46,598 nucleotides of DNA, taken from positions 1-46,598 of the IMG/VR virus record IMGVR_UViG_3300000932_000036, one strand, 5' to 3'. Origin of the DNA: a virus. Taxonomy: Duplodnaviria > Caudoviricetes. Positions 18,894 through 27,383 of the stretch are shown piece by piece. Under the pieces are notes generated by a model. It ran no database searches, was not told the origin of the DNA, and was given only the letters and a program-made list of their open reading frames with translations. Each line of letters opens with the position of its first letter. Positions within the stretch are counted from its first letter, which is position 1. The position numbers and the translations under genes were made by a program.

Positions 18894-19111
18894 TGGAAAA
18901 TCTAAAATCCTTCCTTATCCTCCATAGAAAGATCCGAGGCTTAGAATTCATTTCCTTTCTAGGTTTACAACTGATCGAAGAGGGAGCGAGCGAGGAAGAA
19001 TTCAAACAAGCCATAGAAGAAACAAAGGAGGCTTACCAAAATTTGAACTTTTGCCGGCCTGTTTGGAGAGAGTTAAATTTTCTCAAGGAATTGAGAAAAC
19101 AACTAGATTAA
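18893..19111 (+). CDS. Small hypothetical protein (72 aa)
   Basis: TGATG stop/start coupling with the ArdC-like gene. Confidence 0.65.
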   Translation: MENLKSFLILHRKIRGLEFISFLGLQLIEEGASEEEFKQAIEETKEAYQNLNFCRPVWRELNFLKELRKQLD

Positions 19112-19200
19112 AAATTGCGCAGGGCTTAGTTTTCGTTTGCACTTCCTTTGAGAAATAGCCTTTGGACTTCGAGCCATAAATCTGAAAGCGAATCCGCAGA

Positions 19201-19366
19201 CCCGAGCGACACGGGTAGCTCTCGGGAGCTTATAGCCCGAAGCGGTGAACCACTCATTTTTGAGGGGTTCCCGTGCGCTCCAAGCGGCGTGCCTCCCTTC
19301 CACGGCGGCGCTTCGCGCCGATCACGTTGTTTTTCAATACGATGTATTGCCGTGGAAGGGAGGCAC
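19201..19366. other. Highly structured GC-rich non-coding element
   Basis: Perfect 18-bp inverted repeat (19289-19306 / 19349-19366) enclosing two small hairpins. Further stems at 19201-19226 and 19247-19270. Confidence 0.65.
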
Positions 19367-19446
19367 CAGGTTGTTTGTCTACTTTTTCCGTCTCTTCTTT
19401 GCTCAAGCCCTTTCAATCGCCGGAAAATGTTAACGCCCCGAATATA

Positions 19447-19605
19447 TTATGAGGTAGCCAAAATGATCCCTCCTAATATAGTCACTGCTAAAAAGATTCC
19501 CAGGATCATCAAAATGTTGGATGAATTCTTACGGATGGCACTTAATAGCCTGACTTGCGTCTCTGCCAATTCCCGATCGCTTAGCTCATGTAATGGTTTT
19601 GGCAT
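19447..19605 (-). CDS. Small membrane protein (52 aa, absent from the ORF track)
   Basis: Manual translation MPKPLHELSDRELAETQVRLLSAIRKNSSNILMILGIFLAVTILGGIILATS. Starts 2 nt after the upstream stop and has a C-terminal TM helix. Confidence 0.65.
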   Translation of the reverse strand: MPKPLHELSDRELAETQVRLLSAIRKNSSNILMILGIFLAVTILGGIILATS

Positions 19606-19607
19606 GA

Positions 19608-20225
19608 TTAATTTTTGAATAAGCTTGATTTATCAGATGTTTTATTCTTGAACTCATTTAATTTTTCCTTGCTAATGAGCTCAATAAATTCGTCCATTTC
19701 TTCTAGACTAGAAAAAACCATTACAAAATCACTTGCAGTAATATACCTATTAGAGGATGACTCAAGTTCCCCTGTTCGAAAAATCAAAAGGTGTCTCAGG
19801 CCTTTTTCATCATCCAATATTTTAAAATCAAAACTTGGCCTTACACTAAAATCAAAAGTATATTCACCTCCGCTAACAAAGTATCCTGTAATCACTTCAG
19901 TTTTTAATTCTACATCCTTTGTCAAATCTCTAACGTCATTTTCAATGGCCACTTTTATCCACTCCTCATACTTTGATCTAGCAAATTGAAGGTTTTCCAT
20001 AAACCCATCATAGGACTTGTCATTAATACTAATTCCTCCAGTTTCTCTTAAGCGATCTAAACCTGCGAGATCGATATAGAGCCCTAGTTTATTGTCCTTG
20101 AAGGAAACGTCAATTTCATAATCTTTATCAAAGTAGCTACTATAGTAGGTTGTATACTTTTCCTGAGCAAAAGAAGAGATAGATACAAAATTGCCCAAGG
20201 CAAGAATTATTAAAAGCTTTTTCAT
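19608..20225 (-). CDS. Exported protein moron (AT-rich)
   Basis: Signal peptide MKKLLIILALGNFVSISSFA-Q and its own -7 box TATTTTTG at 20248-20255 (minus strand). Confidence 0.8.
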   Translation of the reverse strand: MKKLLIILALGNFVSISSFAQEKYTTYYSSYFDKDYEIDVSFKDNKLGLYIDLAGLDRLRETGGISINDKSYDGFMENLQFARSKYEEWIKVAIENDVRDLTKDVELKTEVITGYFVSGGEYTFDFSVRPSFDFKILDDEKGLRHLLIFRTGELESSSNRYITASDFVMVFSSLEEMDEFIELISKEKLNEFKNKTSDKSSLFKN

Positions 20226-20272
20226 ACAACTATTATTTGATTATGCCCAAAAATAAAAATTAACAAAACATA

Positions 20273-20300
20273 AAAAAATACCATAAACAGGGTATTTTTC
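20273..20300. promoter_or_regulatory. Putative operator, copy 2
   Basis: AAAAAATACCATAAACAGGGTATTTTTC, near-identical to 2801-2828, over the -33 region of the moron promoter. Confidence 0.6.
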
Positions 20301-20301
20301 T

Positions 20302-20637
20302 CTAAAAAATCGCTCTTTTTCCATCATACTGCCCCATCACTTCTTCCGTCTCTATATCCTTGAAAAACAGAACGGCTCCTTCAGCCATTCCCTTTTTCAA
20401 ACGGCAATAGAGATAGGCGTTTTTCATCCAGGATTCCATTTCCTTCGCATCTTCACCGATCAGCTCCCGGTATAGGCTCAGGCTTGGCAGATCGATTTGC
20501 ACCGTCTTTTTTTCTACCAGGAAATTAAATCCAAGGATTACACGCTCCATGCGCTCGACTTTCTTACCCGCACGCTGTATGTTTTGCTGAAGCTGTTTGA
20601 CAGATTTTTTTTCGGATCTTCTATTGGCTCTGTTCAT
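20302..20637 (-). CDS. Hypothetical protein
   Basis: Start placed at ATG 20637 (MNRANRR) to limit overlap with the upstream ORF. Confidence 0.6.
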   Translation of the reverse strand: MNRANRRSEKKSVKQLQQNIQRAGKKVERMERVILGFNFLVEKKTVQIDLPSLSLYRELIGEDAKEMESWMKNAYLYCRLKKGMAEGAVLFFKDIETEEVMGQYDGKRAIF

Positions 20638-20809
20638 GAGGGTTAATTTTTTCTTTGGTAAACTTCCACCCTTTGTATTCAAAAGGGAATTTCTGAAGCC
20701 TGGCATAACTATGGGAGAATTCCGGATGAGCTTCGCAGACCTTAGGCATGCTGCTGAACAGTTCCCGGATTCCGTCTTTCTCTATTATAATGACATGTAG
20801 TAAACTCAT
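20621..20809 (-). CDS. Small hypothetical protein (62 aa)
   Basis: ATG ORF in operon orientation. Confidence 0.55.
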   Translation of the reverse strand: MSLLHVIIIEKDGIRELFSSMPKVCEAHPEFSHSYARLQKFPFEYKGWKFTKEKINPHEQSQ

Positions 20810-20886
20810 GGATAAATATACAGATTTATAGACATAATTCCCCCGACCGGCTTCACCATTTCCGATCAGGGGATTGAAAAGTCATT

Positions 20887-21312
20887 TCAAAAAGTCAGCG
20901 TCATAAAGTAGCCATTCCAGCCGCCGAAGGCGTTATACTCGGGCTCGATCACGATACTGGCGATCTCCAGTCGCCAGAAAAGACTGCAGCCGTTTTCTTC
21001 ACTCTCGATGATCAGGTCCTTCAGCTGATGGATAGCCTCTTCGCAGCGGCGATACTGGTCAAGTTCTCTGGCCTCGCTCTGACTGGGATCTCCTTTCTCG
21101 ATCACCCAGAAGAGTGTGGTCCAGGAGTCGGCTTTCCGCCCGGCAATGCCTTCGGCGCTGTAGCTGGGCAGGACTGTGACGAGCTGAATGCCTTGCCTGG
21201 AGGCTAGTTTTTTGGTGGCCTGATTGTCATCCACTACCCGGGCATAGCCCTTGATGGCGGGGATCTCGGCGATGAGTTCTTGAATCTTGGTGTTGAAGGT
21301 GGTGACGTTCAT
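20887..21312 (-). CDS. Putative tail terminator / neck protein
   Basis: 141-aa alpha/beta pattern ending GWNGYFMTLTF, last gene of the portal operon. Function assigned by size and position only. Confidence 0.5.
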   Translation of the reverse strand: MNVTTFNTKIQELIAEIPAIKGYARVVDDNQATKKLASRQGIQLVTVLPSYSAEGIAGRKADSWTTLFWVIEKGDPSQSEARELDQYRRCEEAIHQLKDLIIESEENGCSLFWRLEIASIVIEPEYNAFGGWNGYFMTLTF

Positions 21313-22241
21313 TTTTTCTTCTGTTTGGCTTTGGCTTTTTGATTCTCGAGGTGCTTCTCATACATGTATACCAGGATGTCAAAGAATCCCGTCCGGTCGG
21401 CTTTGTCCACTTCGCCGAATACTTTCTGCTCGGCCAGCTGGAAGAGTACGCCTGTCCAACCTGCTCCCCGCTGATCGGGCCGGAGTGGCTCGCTGTCCTC
21501 CTGGACTGGCTGGGGAAAGAGTGGCGATAGGTTGATCTCCCTTCCGCTGATCATCAGGTCCTCGCTCTGGATGTACTGCAGGGAATGGCTAAACCAAAGC
21601 AGTATCCCCGTGCGCTCTACCTTGCCGAGCCGTGCGGTGATCAGGGCAAGATCCTCGATCCGTGCCCTGTTGAATGGCTCCCGTCTGCGTCCGTCGTAGT
21701 TTTCTGCCCGCTGCCAGGATTCCCAGTCTTTCCGCTCCGGGCGGTAAAGACAGGCAATCATCCGGCTGAGCTGATCTTCCCCCCTGCTGTCAAAGTAGGC
21801 CTGCATTTCTTCCACTGCTGCGCGCAACTCCCCGAAGGTGAGATCCGCTAGCAAGTGGGACGGTCCGTACAAAACCACTTTCCCTGCTTTCACCTGGGGA
21901 AAGTGATTCAGTACGGGGGTGTAGTTGATTTCTAGCTGGCCTTTACCATTGTCAGCAAAGAGAAATGTGATCAGCTCTTCACACAGCAGCGCAATCCTAG
22001 AAAACTTCTCCTCCCGCTGCCGCTTGGTGAGTAGCAGTTCTTTCCGCACCGACTCGGAGTCCCGCTCGATGTCCAGGAGATAGTAGAGGCAGCGGACCCT
22101 AGCTTCCTCCGGATCGATGATCCCAGACGCAGCCAAGACAGCTTGCTTCAGACAATATCGGGCCTGGACTGCCGTCATCTCATCCCAGTGAGCAGGGACT
22201 TCCAGCTTGATCTTTCGCTCGGGTATCTCGATTTGGTTCAT
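21309..22241 (-). CDS. Phage morphogenesis protein of unknown function (310 aa)
   Basis: 4-nt overlaps with both neighbours in the portal operon. Confidence 0.75.
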   Translation of the reverse strand: MNQIEIPERKIKLEVPAHWDEMTAVQARYCLKQAVLAASGIIDPEEARVRCLYYLLDIERDSESVRKELLLTKRQREEKFSRIALLCEELITFLFADNGKGQLEINYTPVLNHFPQVKAGKVVLYGPSHLLADLTFGELRAAVEEMQAYFDSRGEDQLSRMIACLYRPERKDWESWQRAENYDGRRREPFNRARIEDLALITARLGKVERTGILLWFSHSLQYIQSEDLMISGREINLSPLFPQPVQEDSEPLRPDQRGAGWTGVLFQLAEQKVFGEVDKADRTGFFDILVYMYEKHLENQKAKAKQKKK

Positions 22242-23275
22242 GTACGGAAGAATTTGTTCTCCTCCTTATTCTCGGGCAGGATGGTGTACACACCTGCCTC
22301 GGGATCGGCCGATCGGATGAATACCTTGATATCATCAAGCAGTTCGCGGGCATCATCATTCAGATTCTTGATGTGGAGCTCCATTACATCCTTGAGCGGG
22401 ATCTGGGAGGCTGATCGGGACTGCACCATGGATTTGAAGTGCTGCATCACGCCTTCGGGCATGACCTGCAGACTTAGCCGCTTCACGGCGATCACCATGG
22501 TAAGTAATGGCTGGACAGTCTGCACATAGCGGAGGAGACTGTCGTAGAATTCTTCCAGCTCCTCATCCAGCGACGAGATACCCCCTCCTGCTGATCCGCT
22601 GCCGCTTTCGGTCTCTCCGCTGGTCCAGCGCTGCAGTAAGGGGGTATAGTGGGTTCCCAGGGCTTTCCGGAGCACGTTGTTTTGGATCTCCCGGAGGAAA
22701 GGCACTACTGTGTAGAAGAAGCTCTGACTGTGATCGACCATGGGATAAGCTTGCTGAAATAGCCCGATGCTGTTCACAAATAGCTCACGGCTGGCTTTCC
22801 GATTCTCGGAGCCCATCCACTCAGCTATCTGGTGAGCCTCCAGCCAGTCGATCAGCATATCGGTGGTCTCGTGTGCCATGCGAAGCTGTGCCGCATCATC
22901 CTTGTCGATCATCCATTCCCAGGCCATGGACTCGTTTTCCCGGTCGATCTTGACTTTACGCCCGCTGGTCTCATGGCTGACGGTGTTCAGCTGATAGTAG
23001 CGCAGGGTAGTGCGATAGGCAATGGGAATCTGCAGGAGCTGGACGAGCTTGTCGTTTTTGGCTTCTTCTGCTGAGGGGTTCTCCTTCTGAAAGTCATCAC
23101 TGTTGTAATGTGCCAGGGCACGGGCCATCAGGTCACCTCCGACGAGCTTGGTCATCTGGTTTTCTTCCAGGATCCAGAGCGTGCTCGCCCGGTCAAAGTC
23201 ATTATTGGCGTAGTAGGAGCTGGTGAGCTGCTGCAGTTCCTCGGCTCCGTTTCCGGATTTATTTATTAGCATCAT
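22238..23275 (-). CDS. Head-tail connector-region protein (DUF6712-like) with an internal GS-rich loop
   Basis: 345 aa downstream of the portal. Family recalled from similar Bacteroidetes prophage proteins. Contains ESGSGSAGGGI. Confidence 0.55.
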   Translation of the reverse strand: MMLINKSGNGAEELQQLTSSYYANNDFDRASTLWILEENQMTKLVGGDLMARALAHYNSDDFQKENPSAEEAKNDKLVQLLQIPIAYRTTLRYYQLNTVSHETSGRKVKIDRENESMAWEWMIDKDDAAQLRMAHETTDMLIDWLEAHQIAEWMGSENRKASRELFVNSIGLFQQAYPMVDHSQSFFYTVVPFLREIQNNVLRKALGTHYTPLLQRWTSGETESGSGSAGGGISSLDEELEEFYDSLLRYVQTVQPLLTMVIAVKRLSLQVMPEGVMQHFKSMVQSRSASQIPLKDVMELHIKNLNDDARELLDDIKVFIRSADPEAGVYTILPENKEENKFFRT

Positions 23276-23444
23276 CAGCTTTGAGTTTTGGCGATTGGGA
23301 AATGATTTTTAGCAGCCTTGAGGGCATTTCTGCATAGTTTGTCATCGAGAAGACAATGATTCCAGGGAGAACCGTAAGTCCAAGAATCATGGTGATCAAC
23401 ATCCAAATAATTAGAAGGACAGATGCAAGAATTTTTTTTAACAT
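23259..23444 (-). CDS. Small membrane protein (61 aa)
   Basis: Long hydrophobic stretch ILASVLLIIWMLITMILGLTVLPGIIVF. Fills the gap after the portal gene. Confidence 0.65.
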   Translation of the reverse strand: MLKKILASVLLIIWMLITMILGLTVLPGIIVFSMTNYAEMPSRLLKIISQSPKLKADDANK

Positions 23445-23446
23445 CG

Positions 23447-24820
23447 CTATTCGGTTACGGTATTGACAAGTCTATTCTCCGGAGCCACATTCTCCTCACG
23501 CATGACGGTATGATGATAGAAGCCCATCCGTATGCCTTTTTTGTTGGGGAAGTTGGCCTGTATATCCTGATTGATCGCCTCAAAGACTACTTCCTCGGGG
23601 ATCGTGGTATCGCTAGCCATGTAGAGCTTCAGCGCATAGAGCATCTCTGATCCGCTGCTCATCTTGCCGTTCACGACAATGTTCGAGAGAGACGGATGCA
23701 GTCCCATCCCGGAGGTGATGGCTGAGTCGGCCTTCTCTGAGATCTTCAGCTGAGCTTCGATGAAGTTTTTGATGTTTTGGTCAATGGACTCAATCTTCCA
23801 CTGACATAGATTTCCGTCCTCGTCATAGAAGTCTGTGGTCTCAATGAATTTACCGGCGTTTTTCTTGCCGGTCAGCACGGATGCAATTTTGGTGAATAGG
23901 GCTGTCTTTGCCTCTTCCAGGAGTGTATCGATCTTGGCATCGTCGTAGGTAGGATGATTTTTCTCCAGCTTCGCTTGCTTTTCCTCCCAGTACTTTGCCG
24001 GCACATGGATATGAAAGGCGGAGGTGATCCCGTTTTCACTCAGATAGGCCAGTACTTCCGGAATATCGGAGCTGCGCATCATCCAGCTGAGGGTACCGAA
24101 ATAGGAAGGCGAACTGTAGAAGTTTCGCCCGAAAGAATAGCGATTATGATAGCTGATCGATACGCCGTACTTGAAGGGGTCCGATGGCCGATAGACGGGA
24201 TAGGGCGTCATGCCCGTGCGTAGGCAGTGATTCTCAAAGTCTCCGACAAATATCCTGGAGACGTTTTCCAGCCGCTTGGGCCGAGGATCCTCAGGCCATT
24301 CGAGACGGGCATCCGTACCGGGTATGACTTGCAGGCGGCGGATCATACCTTTGCCTCCGATCCGTGGGCCTCGGTTGCGGATATGCTTCACAAATACCCC
24401 CTTGAGATATTTGAACTCCACCATGGCCATGTCTATGAATCGCTTGTAATCCCAGCTGTCGAGCCAGTCTTGGATTTCGGCATCTTCGAGGTATTCGCGG
24501 ACCATGTAGCCGTCCTGATAGACCAGACGATACAGTGCCGGTCCCTGCCCGTAGAGCAGCCCGATCTCCCGCTCTAGGATACCCGGCGCAAGGTTGTTCT
24601 TGTCCATGATCTTGCGTATCTGGACAGGAAGGTCATTATTGGCTCCGTAGGGTACGAGGCGAGCACCATTGAGCAGGTAGGGATCAGATTCCCAGTCGGT
24701 CCCTTTCGACAGGGACATCAGTTGGTCAAAGGTGCCCTCGGGAGTCGTCCCAAAGGCAAATGCCCCGGCGCTGGTATGCACTACACGGGTCTCCCCGATT
24801 TTCTTCACTTCTTGCGTCAT
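23447..24820 (-). CDS. Portal protein
   Basis: 457 aa near the terminase, with YGANNDLP, FYSSPSY, LTGKKNAGK and MGLHPSL..SGSE portal-like motifs. Confidence 0.75.
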   Translation of the reverse strand: MTQEVKKIGETRVVHTSAGAFAFGTTPEGTFDQLMSLSKGTDWESDPYLLNGARLVPYGANNDLPVQIRKIMDKNNLAPGILEREIGLLYGQGPALYRLVYQDGYMVREYLEDAEIQDWLDSWDYKRFIDMAMVEFKYLKGVFVKHIRNRGPRIGGKGMIRRLQVIPGTDARLEWPEDPRPKRLENVSRIFVGDFENHCLRTGMTPYPVYRPSDPFKYGVSISYHNRYSFGRNFYSSPSYFGTLSWMMRSSDIPEVLAYLSENGITSAFHIHVPAKYWEEKQAKLEKNHPTYDDAKIDTLLEEAKTALFTKIASVLTGKKNAGKFIETTDFYDEDGNLCQWKIESIDQNIKNFIEAQLKISEKADSAITSGMGLHPSLSNIVVNGKMSSGSEMLYALKLYMASDTTIPEEVVFEAINQDIQANFPNKKGIRMGFYHHTVMREENVAPENRLVNTVTE

Positions 24821-25098
24821 GTCAGGATGAGTCTTTGTCCATTGAAAGTCATGAGCGCAGGGATGTAGAATCGGCGATGCTCCATCGTATCCAGGTCGAT
24901 GTATTCGATCAGGGCATCGGCATTGTGATATTGCTCCCGCTTGTCGGTCAGCTTCAGCCGGGCACGGCGTACCTCACAGACACCTTGCGTAGTCTGCTTG
25001 ATATCCGAGTACGACATAAAAGAGAAGCTGAAAGGCCTGTCCTGCTTGGACAAGTCCTGCATTTCATTGATCGCCTGATATACGGTCTTCTGGCTCAT
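24817..25098 (-). CDS. Small phage protein upstream of the portal (93 aa)
   Basis: First gene after a late-promoter motif, 4-nt overlap with the portal. Confidence 0.7.
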   Translation of the reverse strand: MSQKTVYQAINEMQDLSKQDRPFSFSFMSYSDIKQTTQGVCEVRRARLKLTDKREQYHNADALIEYIDLDTMEHRRFYIPALMTFNGQRLILT

Positions 25099-25102
25099 AC
25101 TC

Positions 25103-25137
25103 CGAATATCGGAGGAGCATCAGGGAGGGGAAAGGAC
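25103..25137 (-). promoter_or_regulatory. Putative phage late promoter (portal operon)
   Basis: Minus strand GTCCTTT-N20-GATATTCG. Confidence 0.6.
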
Positions 25138-25169
25138 AGGAAAAATGGATTCTCTACGTATATTTAAAA

Positions 25170-25631
25170 ATGTGCAACAATGAAATCATATCATTTATAG
25201 GGGGAATCTTAATCCCTACAGTTTTTTTTATCCTTAAAAGGAGAAAAGAAAAAAAAGATCAAGAGCAGAAAAATCTTGTAAATATTGCAATCACTGTTCA
25301 GTCTTCATTTACAATTGATGGAGAGGTAAAAGGATCAACATTATTCAAAATCGGTTTTTCAATCGCAGTACATAACATTGGGAACGCCAAAGCGATAGTG
25401 AATCGTATGTTTTTAGTCGAAAAGAACGCGGAGGGGAATTACGACTATATTCATGAATTTCAATTGACAAATGACTTGCCTAGGATAATTGAATCTGGAA
25501 AAACATGTCTCTATGACTTTACTGTACAAGGCAATCATACAAAGGATATGGATTTAAAAATCAGTAAAAAATCAGCATTTATTCGAATTATTGATGCTTC
25601 GAACAAAACTTTTGACAGTCCAAGGAAATAA
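25170..25631 (+). CDS. AT-rich moron with an N-terminal membrane anchor
   Basis: IISFIGGILIPTVFFIL followed by KRRK. Opposite strand, abutting the terminase stop. Confidence 0.75.
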   Translation: MCNNEIISFIGGILIPTVFFILKRRKEKKDQEQKNLVNIAITVQSSFTIDGEVKGSTLFKIGFSIAVHNIGNAKAIVNRMFLVEKNAEGNYDYIHEFQLTNDLPRIIESGKTCLYDFTVQGNHTKDMDLKISKKSAFIRIIDASNKTFDSPRK

Positions 25632-27383
25632 TCACCTCACACTAGTCTCACCTACATTCACTTTCCGGGCTCCGCCTACTTTTCGTCTCAGATCCCGCTT
25701 CATCATTAGATATTTGAAGCTATCACTCGGGTTGGTGCTCTCCAGGGGAAGTCGATGGATAGGTAGCTTCTCGGAGCTCTTGTCTTTGACTACCACTAGC
25801 GAACCCTTGGAATTGGGCTTCTTCTTCATAGGGGCATCTTCCAAGCTGCAGCGCAGGGGCTTGCAGTGGTAGAAGTCTATCCGCACTTTGGGAAGCTTGG
25901 GGTTCTGCTCGGCCAGGCATTCCATCATAAAGTTGTACTCTTCATTCTGATAGATATTGCCCTGACCTTCACTCATCAGGATCACTTTCCAGCCGGTCTT
26001 ATTGCCCTCACCATCTACTTCGATTGCCCGCTTCATCTGAGTAGCCAGATCCTGCTTGGCTTTGGCGTAGTTATTCGCCGCGCGGTCATACCATATATTC
26101 AGGGTCTTCTCCCGGTGGGGCTTGTAGTAGGCGAGAAATTTATCGGCCAGCTGGCGGATCCACTCCGGAGAGAGCGTGTAGAGAAATTTCGTGCAGCGAT
26201 AGTATTTCCCATCATCCTGAGCTAGGGTCATGCTGATCATGTTGCCAAAGTCCAGGCCACAGTCGATGGCTTTCCGCCTGTTGTGATACTTCAGGATGCG
26301 GCAGTCCTCCTCATCATTCAGCCCAAAGCGTGCCGCCCAGTCTGGGTCTGTGCCATCCATGTAGAAGTGACGGTCCTGTAGATTGGCATAGAAGAGCTCG
26401 CCCTTCTCAGGCTTAGGCTTCATAGATAAGACTGTCGTCTTGGAGTCCAGGAAGTCATCGGAGAAAGCATCGTCAAACCACTCGGGCGTGAGGATATCGA
26501 CATTGACATAGGAGCTGGCGATGTAAAACATCGTATGCGCATCCTTATGCAGTCTCGCTGCAGTCCAGCGCTCTTCCCATCGCTTCCAGACGCGCTTCTT
26601 TTTGGCGATCTCCTCCCGGTCTCCGCTTTCTACAGCTGCGGCATATTCGCCCAGGGCTTCATTGAGGACAAAGGCGACTTTCAGCACCAGCATCAGGGCT
26701 TGGGTCTTCATCCGCTTGCCTCGCTCCAAGATCCAGTCGTACTGCCCGATCTTGTCGGTGTCTGGCATATCGGTCGTGAAGGTATGACCACGATAGAAGG
26801 GACTGTGCCCATACTTGATGCGCATCCCCCGGATGGCTTTCTGCATGTTGGATATGCGATCCTTGCGGAAGTATTTGACCTCATCGCCGAATAGGTGCAC
26901 ATAGTTACCCCCGGCAAGGGAGGCAGGCCGGTCCAGCGAACCGAAGGTTACATTCAGACCGGTAAAGAAGATCATGGTATTGTTATAAGTCCCGATCTGA
27001 TTGTAGGGCTTCCAGAAGTGCTCTTTGATCCGGGGCGGAAGATCCGGTACTTCCACGGGACTGAACTCAGGCGGCCGCTTGCCGATCACATAGTGCGTAC
27101 CCTCATAGAATCCTTTTAACTGAAGCCCTTCTTTGACCGTCCGGAGCACGTTCTTCTGCAGGTTGGCATAGGTATCGGCTACCCAGGCCACGGGAGCGCC
27201 AGGCATATCATAGACCATCTCCACGAGCCGCTCCACCTGGATGTCTGTCGTCTTGGATGATCCCCTTCCGGCGATCATGTACAGGAATCTCGGCAGGATC
27301 ATCAGACAGAGCTGCGAGAGCCAGTTGGCAAAGGCAATGGCGACGTTAGGACTCTTCGGGTTGACTGTCTTCCTCCAGCTCAT
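25632..27383 (-). CDS. terL: Terminase large subunit
   Basis: Walker A AGRGSSKT, Walker B VHLFGDE, and RNase H-like nuclease motifs CGLDFG and PSDSFKY. Confidence 0.88.
   Translation of the reverse strand: MSWRKTVNPKSPNVAIAFANWLSQLCLMILPRFLYMIAGRGSSKTTDIQVERLVEMVYDMPGAPVAWVADTYANLQKNVLRTVKEGLQLKGFYEGTHYVIGKRPPEFSPVEVPDLPPRIKEHFWKPYNQIGTYNNTMIFFTGLNVTFGSLDRPASLAGGNYVHLFGDEVKYFRKDRISNMQKAIRGMRIKYGHSPFYRGHTFTTDMPDTDKIGQYDWILERGKRMKTQALMLVLKVAFVLNEALGEYAAAVESGDREEIAKKKRVWKRWEERWTAARLHKDAHTMFYIASSYVNVDILTPEWFDDAFSDDFLDSKTTVLSMKPKPEKGELFYANLQDRHFYMDGTDPDWAARFGLNDEEDCRILKYHNRRKAIDCGLDFGNMISMTLAQDDGKYYRCTKFLYTLSPEWIRQLADKFLAYYKPHREKTLNIWYDRAANNYAKAKQDLATQMKRAIEVDGEGNKTGWKVILMSEGQGNIYQNEEYNFMMECLAEQNPKLPKVRIDFYHCKPLRCSLEDAPMKKKPNSKGSLVVVKDKSSEKLPIHRLPLESTNPSDSFKYLMMKRDLRRKVGGARKVNVGETSVR

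Noticed and set aside
19201-19366. Retron msr-msd
   Set aside because: The long inverted repeat is suggestive, but no reverse transcriptase gene is adjacent or anywhere in the window.
19103-19618. ORFs 19103-19303, 19126-19416, 19148-19618 and 19245-19433
   Set aside because: These are mutually overlapping frames across a GC-rich structured element with unprotein-like composition. The 3' part of 19148-19618 is antisense to a better 52-aa ORF.
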